Assembly (NCBI GenBank): GCA_963718525.1
Contig: OY970355.1
Location: 512,001 to 576,000, forward strand
DNA length: 64,000 nt
Source of the DNA: Candidatus Dormiibacterota bacterium
GTDB taxonomy: Bacteria > Chloroflexota > Dormibacteria > Aeolococcales > Aeolococcaceae
Reading direction: 5' to 3'
Part shown: positions 49,691-58,561 of the stretch, in pieces
How positions within the stretch are numbered: position 1 is the first letter of the stretch
How the letters are laid out: the number at the start of each line of letters is the position of its first letter
Position numbers and translations under genes: made by a program
Notes under the pieces: generated by a model
The model's input: only the letters and a program-made list of their open reading frames with translations
Told to the model about the DNA's origin: nothing
Database searches by the model: none

Positions 49691-51459
49691 GCGGTGGAGC
49701 CCAGGCGCCGCCAGCCCACCGGAGCGACGAGACGGAACAGCGTCCACACGATGGCGACCACCCCGAGTGCCCCGAGCACCGCAACGACCTCCATCGCGGT
49801 GCCCCCGGCGAAGTCGTAGTTGGCGAGCGCTTTGGTGATCGCGACTGACACCGGTGGTTGGCCGGGCGGATAGAGCAGTTGCGACATCGGAAGTTCCAAC
49901 AGCGTAGCCCCGAACACCAGCAACCATGCGGTGACAAGGGGACGTGCGAGCACGGGCAGCACCGTGCGCACCCACGCGCCGAGAGCGCCGCTGCCGTGGA
50001 CGCGGCCTGCCTCGGCCAGCGACTCCTGGATCTGGCTGACGCTGCCGAGCAACACTCTCGAGGTCGGAGGCAACGCGGTGGCGATGTAGCCGACCACCAG
50101 CAGCGCGGTGGTCTCGTAGAGCTGGATGCCGAGTGTGGTGAGGATCGGCAGGTTGAAGGTGAAGATGTAGCCGGCCGCGAACACAATCCCGGGGAGGGCC
50201 ACAGCGGTGAGCAGGGTCATGTCGAGGAGCCGCGCGCTGAGATGCGCGCCCCGCCGGGAAAGGATGCGAGCCGAGATCGCGGCCAGAACCACGGTGACGG
50301 TGGCGGCGATGAGGGCGAGTTGCCCCGAGTACACCAGCGGATCGCGCAGCTCAGGACTGTTGAGCACGCGGCTGTAGTTGGCGAGGGTCAGCCCATGGCT
50401 GGTGAGGAGCGAGCCGAGCCCGTTGATCAGCGAGGCCGAGACCGCTCCGAAGGAGGGAACCCCGATGCCAACCAGGAGGACTGCCGCCATCCCGACGACG
50501 GCACCGAGTTGCGCGAACCCGCGGACGTGCACGCGTCGTGCCGGTCGGCTCCGGCCTCCGAAGACCCGATAGCTGCGACTTCGCAGCGCCCACCCCTGGG
50601 TGAGCAATGCCAGCGCGATGAGCCCGAGCAGGACCCAGCCCACCGCTGCCGCCACCGAGTATTGGATCGGGAATGCCTGGACAGCGTTGAAGAGCGAATA
50701 GGTCGCCACGGGGAAATGGGCATCGTTGGCGAGCGTGTCTGCGACTCCGAAGTCACTGACCGATTCTGCGAACACGATCGCCAGCGCCGACCACACCGCC
50801 GGCGAGATCAGTGCAACGACCACCCGGACGGCGGCGATCGGACCACCGCCATGGACGCGCACAGCGGATTCGAACTCCTCGCCGAGCCCCCGCAGCGCTG
50901 CGGAGATCGCGAGGTAGGCGAAGGGCAATCCCTTCGCGGTCAGCACCACGATCACCCCGAACGGTCCGTAGAAGAGGTCGCGGAACCCACCGGGGTGCAG
51001 GCCCGCGACGTCCAGGACGCCCATCGGCTCGAGCAGCCGTTCCCAGCCGAGCGCGATCAGGTACGAGGGTGCCAGCAGCAGGGCGAACATCACCCCGGTC
51101 CACAGGCGCCGCCCTGGAAGATCGGTCCGGACCACGACCCACGCCACCGCAAACCCGATCGCGGCAGCGGCAAGCGCGCTGGTCACTCCCACGAACACCG
51201 AGTTGACGACACCGCGGAGCAGCGGACCGGAGAATGCCTGCGCGAAGCCCGAAAACGTGAACCACTCGGGTCCCTGGTCAAACAGCCGTGGCGAGAACGC
51301 GACGGCCAGAAAGAGCAGCACCGGTACCGCGAGGATCGCGGCGATGAGCACCCAGAAGATGAGCAGGGGAATGCCGCTGAAGCGAGACAGCGCCATCCAC
51401 GTCCTGTCCCCACGGCTCCCCGCCCCGGCGGGCGGGGAGCCGGCGAGGATCTCGGCCAA
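49687..51459 (-). CDS. ABC transporter fused double permease (FbpB/ThiP-like)
   Basis: Two EAA-like motifs (EEFESAVRVHG, SLAEAGRVHG), about 12 TM helices. Confidence 0.9.
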   Translation of the reverse strand: MAEILAGSPPAGAGSRGDRTWMALSRFSGIPLLIFWVLIAAILAVPVLLFLAVAFSPRLFDQGPEWFTFSGFAQAFSGPLLRGVVNSVFVGVTSALAAAAIGFAVAWVVVRTDLPGRRLWTGVMFALLLAPSYLIALGWERLLEPMGVLDVAGLHPGGFRDLFYGPFGVIVVLTAKGLPFAYLAISAALRGLGEEFESAVRVHGGGPIAAVRVVVALISPAVWSALAIVFAESVSDFGVADTLANDAHFPVATYSLFNAVQAFPIQYSVAAAVGWVLLGLIALALLTQGWALRSRSYRVFGGRSRPARRVHVRGFAQLGAVVGMAAVLLVGIGVPSFGAVSASLINGLGSLLTSHGLTLANYSRVLNSPELRDPLVYSGQLALIAATVTVVLAAISARILSRRGAHLSARLLDMTLLTAVALPGIVFAAGYIFTFNLPILTTLGIQLYETTALLVVGYIATALPPTSRVLLGSVSQIQESLAEAGRVHGSGALGAWVRTVLPVLARPLVTAWLLVFGATLLELPMSQLLYPPGQPPVSVAITKALANYDFAGGTAMEVVAVLGALGVVAIVWTLFRLVAPVGWRRLGSTA

Positions 51460-51468
51460 CGCGAGCTC

Positions 51469-52632
51469 CTACTTGATGTTCGAGTTGAACCAGGAGTTCA
51501 CCTGGCCCTCCAGGGGTCCCCAGAAGTAGGGGTCAAGCTTCTGGTACTGCGCCGGGAACGGAGGGAGTGCCGCCAGCGCGTTCACGCCGGGGACGATCGG
51601 CCAGTACAGGGAGTCACCCGATGGATCGCCTGTCTGCATGACGGCCTGGCCCTGGGCGGACAGCACGAATTGCACGAATTTCTTCGCCTCAGCCTGGACG
51701 ATCGCCGGTGCGTGCTTGTCGATGCCGATCACGGCCGGGAGCAGCGTCGAATTGGGCAGGTACACGACCTTCGGATCAAAGCCGGCGCTCTTGGGGGCCT
51801 TGAGAACCTCGCCCGTCGCCGCTGAGCTCTGGATCATCCCGTAATCAACCGCGCCGGTCTCGAGCGCGTGGAGTGTGTCGCCGTTGGTCGGATAGACGTG
51901 CAGCCCATTCGCCTTGAGCTGGGTCAGGAAGTTCTCGCCCGCCGTCACGCCATTTGTCTGGCCACCGAGCTGATCCATGAGGCCCGCGATGAATGGGAAC
52001 GTCGGCCCCGACTGGGATGGATCGTTCATACCGACCTTGCCTTTGTAGGCCGCTTGCAGAAGGTCCATGTAGCTCGCCGGCACCGCGCTCACCTTCGCTG
52101 CGTTGTAGATCACCGCTGCCATCACCGTCGTGCTGATGGGGATGTAGGAATGATCGGAGGGGACGAGCGATTGCCCAACTGTGGTCAGCGTGATCGGTGG
52201 TGCGTAGTCGAGCAGCTGGCCCTGCCTGTCGAGCGACGCGAACGCTGTATCACCGTCCACCCAGAGCAGTCCCCACTGCGGGTTGTTGGCTTCAGCTGCA
52301 ACCTTCGCGAGCAGCGGACCGGTGCTGTCGTCATCGAGCTTGACCGGGATCCCGGTGGCCTGCGTGAACGCCTTCGTGGTCACCGAGTCGTAGCCCTGCG
52401 CGGAATACACCACCAGAGGCACGGGCGCCGCAGCCGCGCTGGAGCTTCCCGCGGCTGCTGTGGTTCCACCGCACGCAGCGAGCGTCCAGCCGAAGAGAAT
52501 CCCTGCTGCGCCAAGGGAGAACACCCCCTGCCGCCGATTGCCTCTCCGCCCGCCCACCTTCGTGAGTGCCTGCATGGGCGCATGTCCTCGCGCTTCGCAA
52601 TTCATGTCCACCGTTCCTCCTGCGTCGGCCAT
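51469..52632 (-). CDS. ABC transporter substrate-binding lipoprotein (Fe3+/thiamine/polyamine cluster; start uncertain)
   Basis: Lipobox LAAC, LVVYSA, STGPLLAK, MNDPSQSG. Confidence 0.88.
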   Translation of the reverse strand: MADAGGTVDMNCEARGHAPMQALTKVGGRRGNRRQGVFSLGAAGILFGWTLAACGGTTAAAGSSSAAAAPVPLVVYSAQGYDSVTTKAFTQATGIPVKLDDDSTGPLLAKVAAEANNPQWGLLWVDGDTAFASLDRQGQLLDYAPPITLTTVGQSLVPSDHSYIPISTTVMAAVIYNAAKVSAVPASYMDLLQAAYKGKVGMNDPSQSGPTFPFIAGLMDQLGGQTNGVTAGENFLTQLKANGLHVYPTNGDTLHALETGAVDYGMIQSSAATGEVLKAPKSAGFDPKVVYLPNSTLLPAVIGIDKHAPAIVQAEAKKFVQFVLSAQGQAVMQTGDPSGDSLYWPIVPGVNALAALPPFPAQYQKLDPYFWGPLEGQVNSWFNSNIK

Positions 52633-52829
52633 GAGTTCCGCCGGCTACGAAGCCCGGAACCCCGGCGAGAGCGTAGGAAACGGTGATTTATGAGCGTGTG
52701 TTGTTCCGGTTAACGACCGGATAATGCGCGATTGCGTGAGAGGTCGCTTCGCTGACTGCAATCACCATCTGCGCGAAATTCGTTGCAGCGGCGATGAATT
52801 ACGCCGCTCGCCGACCGGCGAGCAAGTGC

Positions 52830-53753
52830 CTATGGCGTCGAGAGTTGCGGTGCCCTCGCCTGCTGATTGCTCTCGCCGGAGAGCTCGCGGAGGGTCCGGC
52901 CACTCGCCCGGACGTAGAGCCAGGCGGCGCCGAGCACCAGCACCGAGACCAGCAGCACCACCCCGATCGCCAGGGTCGGCACGTTGACCAGCTTGAGCCC
53001 GGAGACCAGCAGCACCGCCGCCAGCGCACCGCGCAGGAACGCCGTCGGCGCGTACGACGAGACACTCGCACCGATCAGGACCCCGGGAAGGCTCCCGATC
53101 AGGATCGACAGCGTCAGGCCGAGCTTGAAGTCGCCGAAGACGATGTGCGCCAGCGCCGCCGAGCCCACCATCGGGATCGCCTGGGCGAGGTCGGTGCCGA
53201 CCATCTGCGAGCCTCGCAGGCGCGGGTAGAGGAAGAGCAGGAGCACGATCACCAGGGTCCCCGAGCCGACCGAGGTGATGCCCACGATGAAGCCGATCGA
53301 CGCACCGATCGCCAGGGTCGGCAGTTTCTTGATCACCAGGCGCTCGTCCCCGCGCGACGTGCCGTTGCGGTGATCGAGGTACAGCTTCAGGAGCAGGGCC
53401 ATGACCGCGATCAGGAGCACGATGCCGAGCGCGATGCTCACCACGGTCTGCACCCGGGTCCCGTGCCCGATCGATTTCAGGAAGACCACGCCGAGGAACG
53501 CCGCGGGCACCGACCCGATCGCCAGCCACCCGGCGAGGTTCCAGCGCACCGTGCCCCGGCCCGCGTGGACCGCGGCGCCGACCGGCTTCATGATCAGCGA
53601 GGCCACCAGGTCGCTCGAGACCGCGGCCAGCGGTGCGATGCCGAAGAGCAGCACCAGGATCGGGGTCATCAGCGCGCCCCCGCCCATCCCGGTGAGACCC
53701 ACGGCGAAACCGACGATCAGCCCAGCCAGCGCCACATAGAGATCGATATGCAC
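52830..53753 (-). CDS. TauE/SafE (TSUP) sulfite exporter family protein
   Basis: GLTGMGGGALMTP, GITSVGSG, VGTDL. Confidence 0.92.
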   Translation of the reverse strand: MHIDLYVALAGLIVGFAVGLTGMGGGALMTPILVLLFGIAPLAAVSSDLVASLIMKPVGAAVHAGRGTVRWNLAGWLAIGSVPAAFLGVVFLKSIGHGTRVQTVVSIALGIVLLIAVMALLLKLYLDHRNGTSRGDERLVIKKLPTLAIGASIGFIVGITSVGSGTLVIVLLLFLYPRLRGSQMVGTDLAQAIPMVGSAALAHIVFGDFKLGLTLSILIGSLPGVLIGASVSSYAPTAFLRGALAAVLLVSGLKLVNVPTLAIGVVLLVSVLVLGAAWLYVRASGRTLRELSGESNQQARAPQLSTP

Positions 53754-54029
53754 CCCCCGACGACCCCTTCTCGAATGTTTGACGCCTTTGGATTACTTTG
53801 CCGGACGCCACCCTCTCGCGTCAACGAGCATGAGCGGATGGAAATCATTGCTTGAGGAGAACGTTCGCCCGTGGCCCGGAAGAGACCTCGGGAAGCCCAC
53901 CTCTTCACTTCAGCGCCGCTGTCGTCGCGAGTGTGCGCCATCGGACAGACGCGAAGCCGGAGGTGCGCGCAGGCTTCGAACGGGCTGAAGGGGATTCATC
54001 AACAGGGGCGCACTCCCAGGGCGGACTCA

Positions 54030-54266
54030 ATGACTACCAACCTACCCGCAACTCCGATATTGCTATGCGTCGAGTGTGGCGGTCAGCGGTTCATACCGCT
54101 CACCTTCCCGCGCGTCCGAGGAGCACCTCCTCAGTGCGATCCGGCGTTTCACCCCAGCGCAAAGTGCGTCACATGTGGTCTCTACTACTTCGGCCTACGC
54201 GCTGGTCGTGTCACCCTGCGTGGATCTGCTGTGCGACACGAAAGCGATGTCCCTGCGCTTCTCTAG
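54030..54266 (+). CDS. Putative 78-aa zinc-ribbon microprotein
   Basis: CVECG..KCVTCG; fills the gap between TauE and decarboxylase genes. Confidence 0.45.
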   Translation: MTTNLPATPILLCVECGGQRFIPLTFPRVRGAPPQCDPAFHPSAKCVTCGLYYFGLRAGRVTLRGSAVRHESDVPALL

Positions 54267-54284
54267 TCACACGAACTCTTGCAC

Positions 54285-55679
54285 TCATCTGCTCGTAGCA
54301 TCGAGCGCGCGACGGACGGCGTCCACCGACCGAATCACGTCCGTTGCATCCGTTGCCCAATTGCTCACCGAAATGCGCATCACATCCTGGTTGCGCCAGC
54401 GCGAGCCCGACATCCACACGGTTCCGTCGGCGATCAGACGCGCGGTCACAGCGCGTGTCCGCGCGTCGTCGCCGAACCGCGAGCACACCTGCGTATAGAC
54501 AACGTCATTGACCACGCTGGCGCCTGGGATGACGCCGATCCCCTTCGCCAGCGCCTGCGCATTTCGCGCCAGCCCCTCAACCAGTTCTGTGACGCCCGAC
54601 CGACCGAGTGATCGCAGTGCCGCCCATACCGGGACGCCCCGCGCACGTCGCGAATACTCGGGCACCTTCTCAAACGGGTCGCCGGGGCCTGAGTTGTCAA
54701 CGACCAGGTAGCTGGCGTGCGCCCCGAATGTCGAGCGCATCGCAACCGGGTCCGCCACGATGGCGATGCCGCAGTCGTATGGAACGTTGAGCGTCTTGTG
54801 CGCATCGGTCGTCCACGAGTCCGCACGTTCGACCCCGGTCACCAGGTGACGGAGCGATGGTGCGGCAGCCGCCCAGAGGCCGAACGCACCGTCGACATGC
54901 ACCCACGCACCACATTGATGCGCAACATCGATGGCAGCCTCGAACGGATCGAAGGCACCCGAATGCACGTTGCCCGCCTGCAGGCACACGATCTTCGGGG
55001 CTCCGGCGTCGATCGCATCCAGCGCGTCGGCCAGTGCATCCACGATGATCCGGCCCTGGTCATCGGCGGCAACCGGATGGGGACTTCCGAGGCCGAGGTA
55101 GCGCAGTGCGAGGTCGATCGTTTCATGCCGCTCGGCACCGACGAGCACGTGAATCCGCGGTGATTCACTCAGGCCGTCGGCGCCGACGTCACAGCCAACG
55201 CGCGAGAGCACCGCGCCGCGTGCCGCCGCCAGGCAGGTGAAGTTCGCCATCATCGCTCCGGTGACGAAGCCCACATCAGCTCCCGCTGCAAGTCCGAGCA
55301 ACTCGAGCAGCCAGGCGGCCGCGGCTTCCTCCGCTGCCGCGGTCGCCGGCGTGGCGAACCGCATCCCCGTGTTCTGATCCCATGCGCTCACCAGCCAGTC
55401 CGCCCCGAGCGCGGCGGGAAGCGTTCCGCCCATCACCCAACCGAAGAAGCGGCCCGACTGTATGGCCATGAGCCCGGGCTCGGCCAGCGTGGCAAGCAGA
55501 TCGACGACGTCCTCTGGTGGTGACGGCTCGTTGGGCAGCGGTCCGCCAAACGCCGTGAGCAACTCGGTCGCCGTAGCACGCGGGCCAACTGGACGCTCCC
55601 CCACGGAGCCCAGCCATGTGCGCGCGTGCTCAGCGGCGCGTGCGAGCGGTCGGTCGTAGGAATCGCGCGGAAAGGGCAT
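54285..55679 (-). CDS. PLP-dependent group II amino-acid decarboxylase
   Basis: RFFGWV, HVDGAFG, DAHKTL (PLP Lys), SRRARG; AGGAGG RBS. Confidence 0.92.
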   Translation of the reverse strand: MPFPRDSYDRPLARAAEHARTWLGSVGERPVGPRATATELLTAFGGPLPNEPSPPEDVVDLLATLAEPGLMAIQSGRFFGWVMGGTLPAALGADWLVSAWDQNTGMRFATPATAAAEEAAAAWLLELLGLAAGADVGFVTGAMMANFTCLAAARGAVLSRVGCDVGADGLSESPRIHVLVGAERHETIDLALRYLGLGSPHPVAADDQGRIIVDALADALDAIDAGAPKIVCLQAGNVHSGAFDPFEAAIDVAHQCGAWVHVDGAFGLWAAAAPSLRHLVTGVERADSWTTDAHKTLNVPYDCGIAIVADPVAMRSTFGAHASYLVVDNSGPGDPFEKVPEYSRRARGVPVWAALRSLGRSGVTELVEGLARNAQALAKGIGVIPGASVVNDVVYTQVCSRFGDDARTRAVTARLIADGTVWMSGSRWRNQDVMRISVSNWATDATDVIRSVDAVRRALDATSR

Positions 55680-55759
55680 GCTCGTGCCTCCTGGTGACGG
55701 GATCACGCGCACATTTGCCGAGTGATCGATCCCATCGACCGATTATCCAGGCACAGCGA

Positions 55760-56026
55760 CTATCGCTCGGACGATTCGGGAGGTCGGAATCCGAGTTCGG
55801 CGATGCCGACGCCGAACGCCTTCGCGAGGCGGCGCCGATAGAACAGGCGCGGCAGGGTCGCGCCTGCCTCCCAGGCCTTCACCGACCGTACCGAGGCTCC
55901 GATCTTCCGGGCGAGACCGAGTTGGGTCCACTGGCTTGGGTCGGCCGCCTCGGCCTGCCGCTCGGACCGCAATTCGGCGAGCCTGCTGGGGCTATTTCGG
56001 GCCGGCCGCTTGCGCTTCTGCACCAT
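55760..56026 (-). CDS. XRE-family helix-turn-helix protein
   Basis: WTQLGLARKIGASVRSVKAWEAG..P..RRLAKAFGV. Confidence 0.8.
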   Translation of the reverse strand: MVQKRKRPARNSPSRLAELRSERQAEAADPSQWTQLGLARKIGASVRSVKAWEAGATLPRLFYRRRLAKAFGVGIAELGFRPPESSER

Positions 56027-56044
56027 GCTGCCCAATACTGCCCG

Positions 56045-56171
56045 TAGGGCTGGTCCCACTGAACTGCGGCGACCATCTCGCTGCAGGGTGGTTTCACCAG
56101 CGTGACTGCCTCGCCGGTTCTGCCCCCCTCTCGGGCGCTCCGATGAATCGTCGTCGGAGCGCCTTCTTTTT
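56045..56171 (+). ncRNA. Candidate small RNA (long hairpin, C-rich linker, intrinsic terminator)
   Basis: Stems gctggt/accagc and ctgcggcga/tcgctgcag; CCCCCCTCTC at 56123; terminator; G-U pairs favour the plus strand. Confidence 0.45.
56134..56171 (+). terminator. Rho-independent terminator on the plus strand
   Basis: ggcgctccgatga-atcg-tcgtcggagcgcc followed by TTCTTTTT. Confidence 0.75.
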
Positions 56172-56285
56172 GTCGCGAGGCCCTGATCCCCAGGGCCATT
56201 GGCTTGAGCGCGGCCAGCGCGGGACATGATCACCGACGTCGCGATGGAATTGGCGCGAGACCGCGTGTCCGTCTAATTCCAGTTC

Positions 56286-56813
56286 CTACGCGCTCCGAAA
56301 TGTCAGCGAATAGCCGCGACCGGGTCGATTGACCAGGTCGCAGGGAATCTCCAGACGGGCGAGGATCTTCCGGACGCGGAGCACGTAATTGCGGACTTCT
56401 TCCGGGAAGAGCGCCGCGTCCGACCAGGCGAGTCCGGTGATCTGAGCTGCTGTGTAGAAGCGATGAGGATGATCGAGGAGAAATTGGAGGAGTTCGAATT
56501 CGCGATGCGTGAGCACCGCCTCGCGTCCCTTGTGCCGTACCACCCGACCATCCGGATCCAGCCAGAGGCCCTGGAGGTCCCAGACCCGCTGATACCAGAG
56601 GTCAAGCCGGGTGTAGTACCCCGCCATCTGCGCTTCGATGAAGCGGACGTCCTCGTCGGCGGCAGCCTGGGCGACTGGATACAGCTTGGGTAACTCGCGC
56701 TGGACCCGATCGAGCAAGCCCAACTTGAAACGGATCAGGTCGTCGTAAATGCTCATCCAATGGCGGGCGTCTTCCCAGTGCTGGGTTTCGATGTCCTCGC
56801 CCTCGAGGGGCAG
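56286..56813 (-). CDS. OmpR-type wHTH protein with non-receiver helical N-domain; 5' end apparently missing
   Basis: LTHREFELLQFL..LVNRPGRGY; frame stays protein-like upstream of ATG 56756 (LPLEGEDIETQHWEDARHW) with no start codon. Confidence 0.75.
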   Translation of the reverse strand: MPLEGEDIETQHWEDARHWMSIYDDLIRFKLGLLDRVQRELPKLYPVAQAAADEDVRFIEAQMAGYYTRLDLWYQRVWDLQGLWLDPDGRVVRHKGREAVLTHREFELLQFLLDHPHRFYTAAQITGLAWSDAALFPEEVRNYVLRVRKILARLEIPCDLVNRPGRGYSLTFRSA

Positions 56814-57049
56814 GGTATTTCGCGAGCAAGGTGATGTCCGGTAAAGGCCAGGGCGTGGTGGCGGACATCGTGGTTGGTCTCATCGGCGCCCTCGCCGGCG
56901 GCTTTCTCGCCCGCTCTCTGGGAGTGACGACGGCCTTGACGAGTCACTCGATCATCGTGGAGATTGTCATCGCGTTCGCCGGCGCAGTCATTCTGCTCGC
57001 GCTGCTGCGTATCGTCGGAGTTGGTAAGCGCCGCACCATCTTCCGGTAG
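56810..57049 (+). pseudogene. GlsB/YeaQ/YmgE family membrane protein lacking its first TM helix
   Basis: AGYFASKVMSGKGQGVVADIVVGLIGALAGG..AFAGAVILL; no hydrophobic N-terminus upstream in any frame. Confidence 0.7.
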
Positions 57050-57125
57050 GGTCGCACGACGCGGTCCGGCCCATGTCCTGGATCTAACCTAGCGCAATGG
57101 CTCAACAGAACACCGGCCCGGGGAC

Positions 57126-58118
57126 GTGAGCCTGCGCCGTCTCCGAAACTTCGTGGCGAGCCTGATCGGCTCCCCCTGGGTGCGATTGACGGGCAGCCTG
57201 GTCGCGGTGGCGCTCTTCGTGCACAGTGTTGATCTCCCCCAGGCGCTGCGCCTCTATGGCCATCTGGTTCCGGGCTGGACGGTCCTTGCCCTCAGCCTCG
57301 CCTCTCTCTCGGTTGTCGCAAGCGTCGCGGAGTGGGGCGTGCTGCTCCGGGGTAGCGGCCACCAGCTGGACTGGAGCTTCCTCGGTTCCTGGTACCTGAA
57401 GGGACTCTTTGTCAACCAGGTAACCCCTGCCGGGGTGGGCAGCGACGCTGTGCGCGCGCTCCAGGTCGGCAAGAGGACCGGTCACGGACCCATGGTTGCC
57501 TCCCTGGTCGCGAGCCGCATGGCGGGGACGCTGGCGATGTCGTGGTGGGCTCTTGCGGCCGCGGTCATCGCGCGCGATCAGCTCGACATCCCTGGCGTCA
57601 CCGCGTTCGTCCTCTTCGCCGCCGCGATGATGAGCGCCTGGGTGCTGGCACTGGTCGCTGAACTGGTGCGAGCGCGTATTCCTGAACACAACACCATCTC
57701 CCACGCGATAGGTCGCTTCGTTCGTCCGTTCACCAGCGCCTTCGACGGCTATCGCGGACATCCTCTGCGCACCGTCGGTCGCAGCATCGCCGCCGGGGTC
57801 GCCGCCTGGGGCTTCAACCTCTTCTCGCTGGCCGCATTCTCCTTGGCGCTCCAAAGCCACGTGTCGTGGTCGGTGTTCGCGCTGACCATGCCCGTCGCGC
57901 TTCTGGCCACCTTTGTCCCGATTTCGGCGAATGGGATCGGGGTGCGCGAAGGGTTGATCGTGCTGCTCCTGGTGCGCGCCAACATCGCGCTCGGTACGGC
58001 GACTGCGCTGAGCCTCTTCGTTGACCTGCAACTGCTCCCGTTTGCGTTGCTCGGCGGCATGGTCTATCTCGGGGAGCACCGCCGCCGCACGCACGAGATA
58101 GTGACTCGAAGCCGATGA
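57126..58118 (+). CDS. Lysylphosphatidylglycerol synthase TM domain (UPF0104) protein
   Basis: FVNQVTPAGVGSDAVR, VPISANGIGVREG. Confidence 0.85.
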   Translation: MSLRRLRNFVASLIGSPWVRLTGSLVAVALFVHSVDLPQALRLYGHLVPGWTVLALSLASLSVVASVAEWGVLLRGSGHQLDWSFLGSWYLKGLFVNQVTPAGVGSDAVRALQVGKRTGHGPMVASLVASRMAGTLAMSWWALAAAVIARDQLDIPGVTAFVLFAAAMMSAWVLALVAELVRARIPEHNTISHAIGRFVRPFTSAFDGYRGHPLRTVGRSIAAGVAAWGFNLFSLAAFSLALQSHVSWSVFALTMPVALLATFVPISANGIGVREGLIVLLLVRANIALGTATALSLFVDLQLLPFALLGGMVYLGEHRRRTHEIVTRSR

Positions 58119-58561
58119 GCACAATCGCGCAGGTGCGTGAACGCCCCTAGCACGTCTCAGGGCATGGACCACACTCTGCGGCGGCCACGTGGATACCCGA
58201 TCGGACGCAGCCGTTTCGGAGGGTTGTCGCGGGAGGGTGACGAGCGTCCCTGGGAAATACGAACGACCTGGCGAGCTCTGACAGTGTTGGGCACTGGTCA
58301 CGCACGGTCGCTCCGTGGTCACGAAAACTCAAACGCTCGGATACCTGGCGCTCCCGACGGTTTTGGCGGGCGGATTCTGTGACCAGTCAGATGAAAGGGA
58401 CATCGAGAGGGAACTCGCTCATGCCTCCCGTACGCGCCGCCTCACCCCTGAACCCACGGGGCGGTTTGCGGGAGTTGACCCATTGCTTCGCGCGCGCCTC
58501 GACGCTGCGCATCCACGACGAGTTGACTGCGCTGCAGGTCGACTGAACCGGAAGCGGCGTC

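Noticed and set aside
41835-51825. Long antisense ORFs (for example 41835-43142 and 49858-51825)
   Set aside because: Shadow ORFs opposite well-supported genes, as expected in high-GC DNA.
53754-54029. SAM riboswitch upstream of the TauE gene
   Set aside because: SAM-I and SAM-IV core motifs not found; only short hairpins.
55760-56813. XRE and wHTH genes as a prophage remnant
   Set aside because: No integrase, structural genes or att sites nearby.
58421-58546. 41-aa ORF (MPPVRAASPL..) with GAGAGGGA upstream
   Set aside because: No motif and no independent coding signal; cannot be supported.
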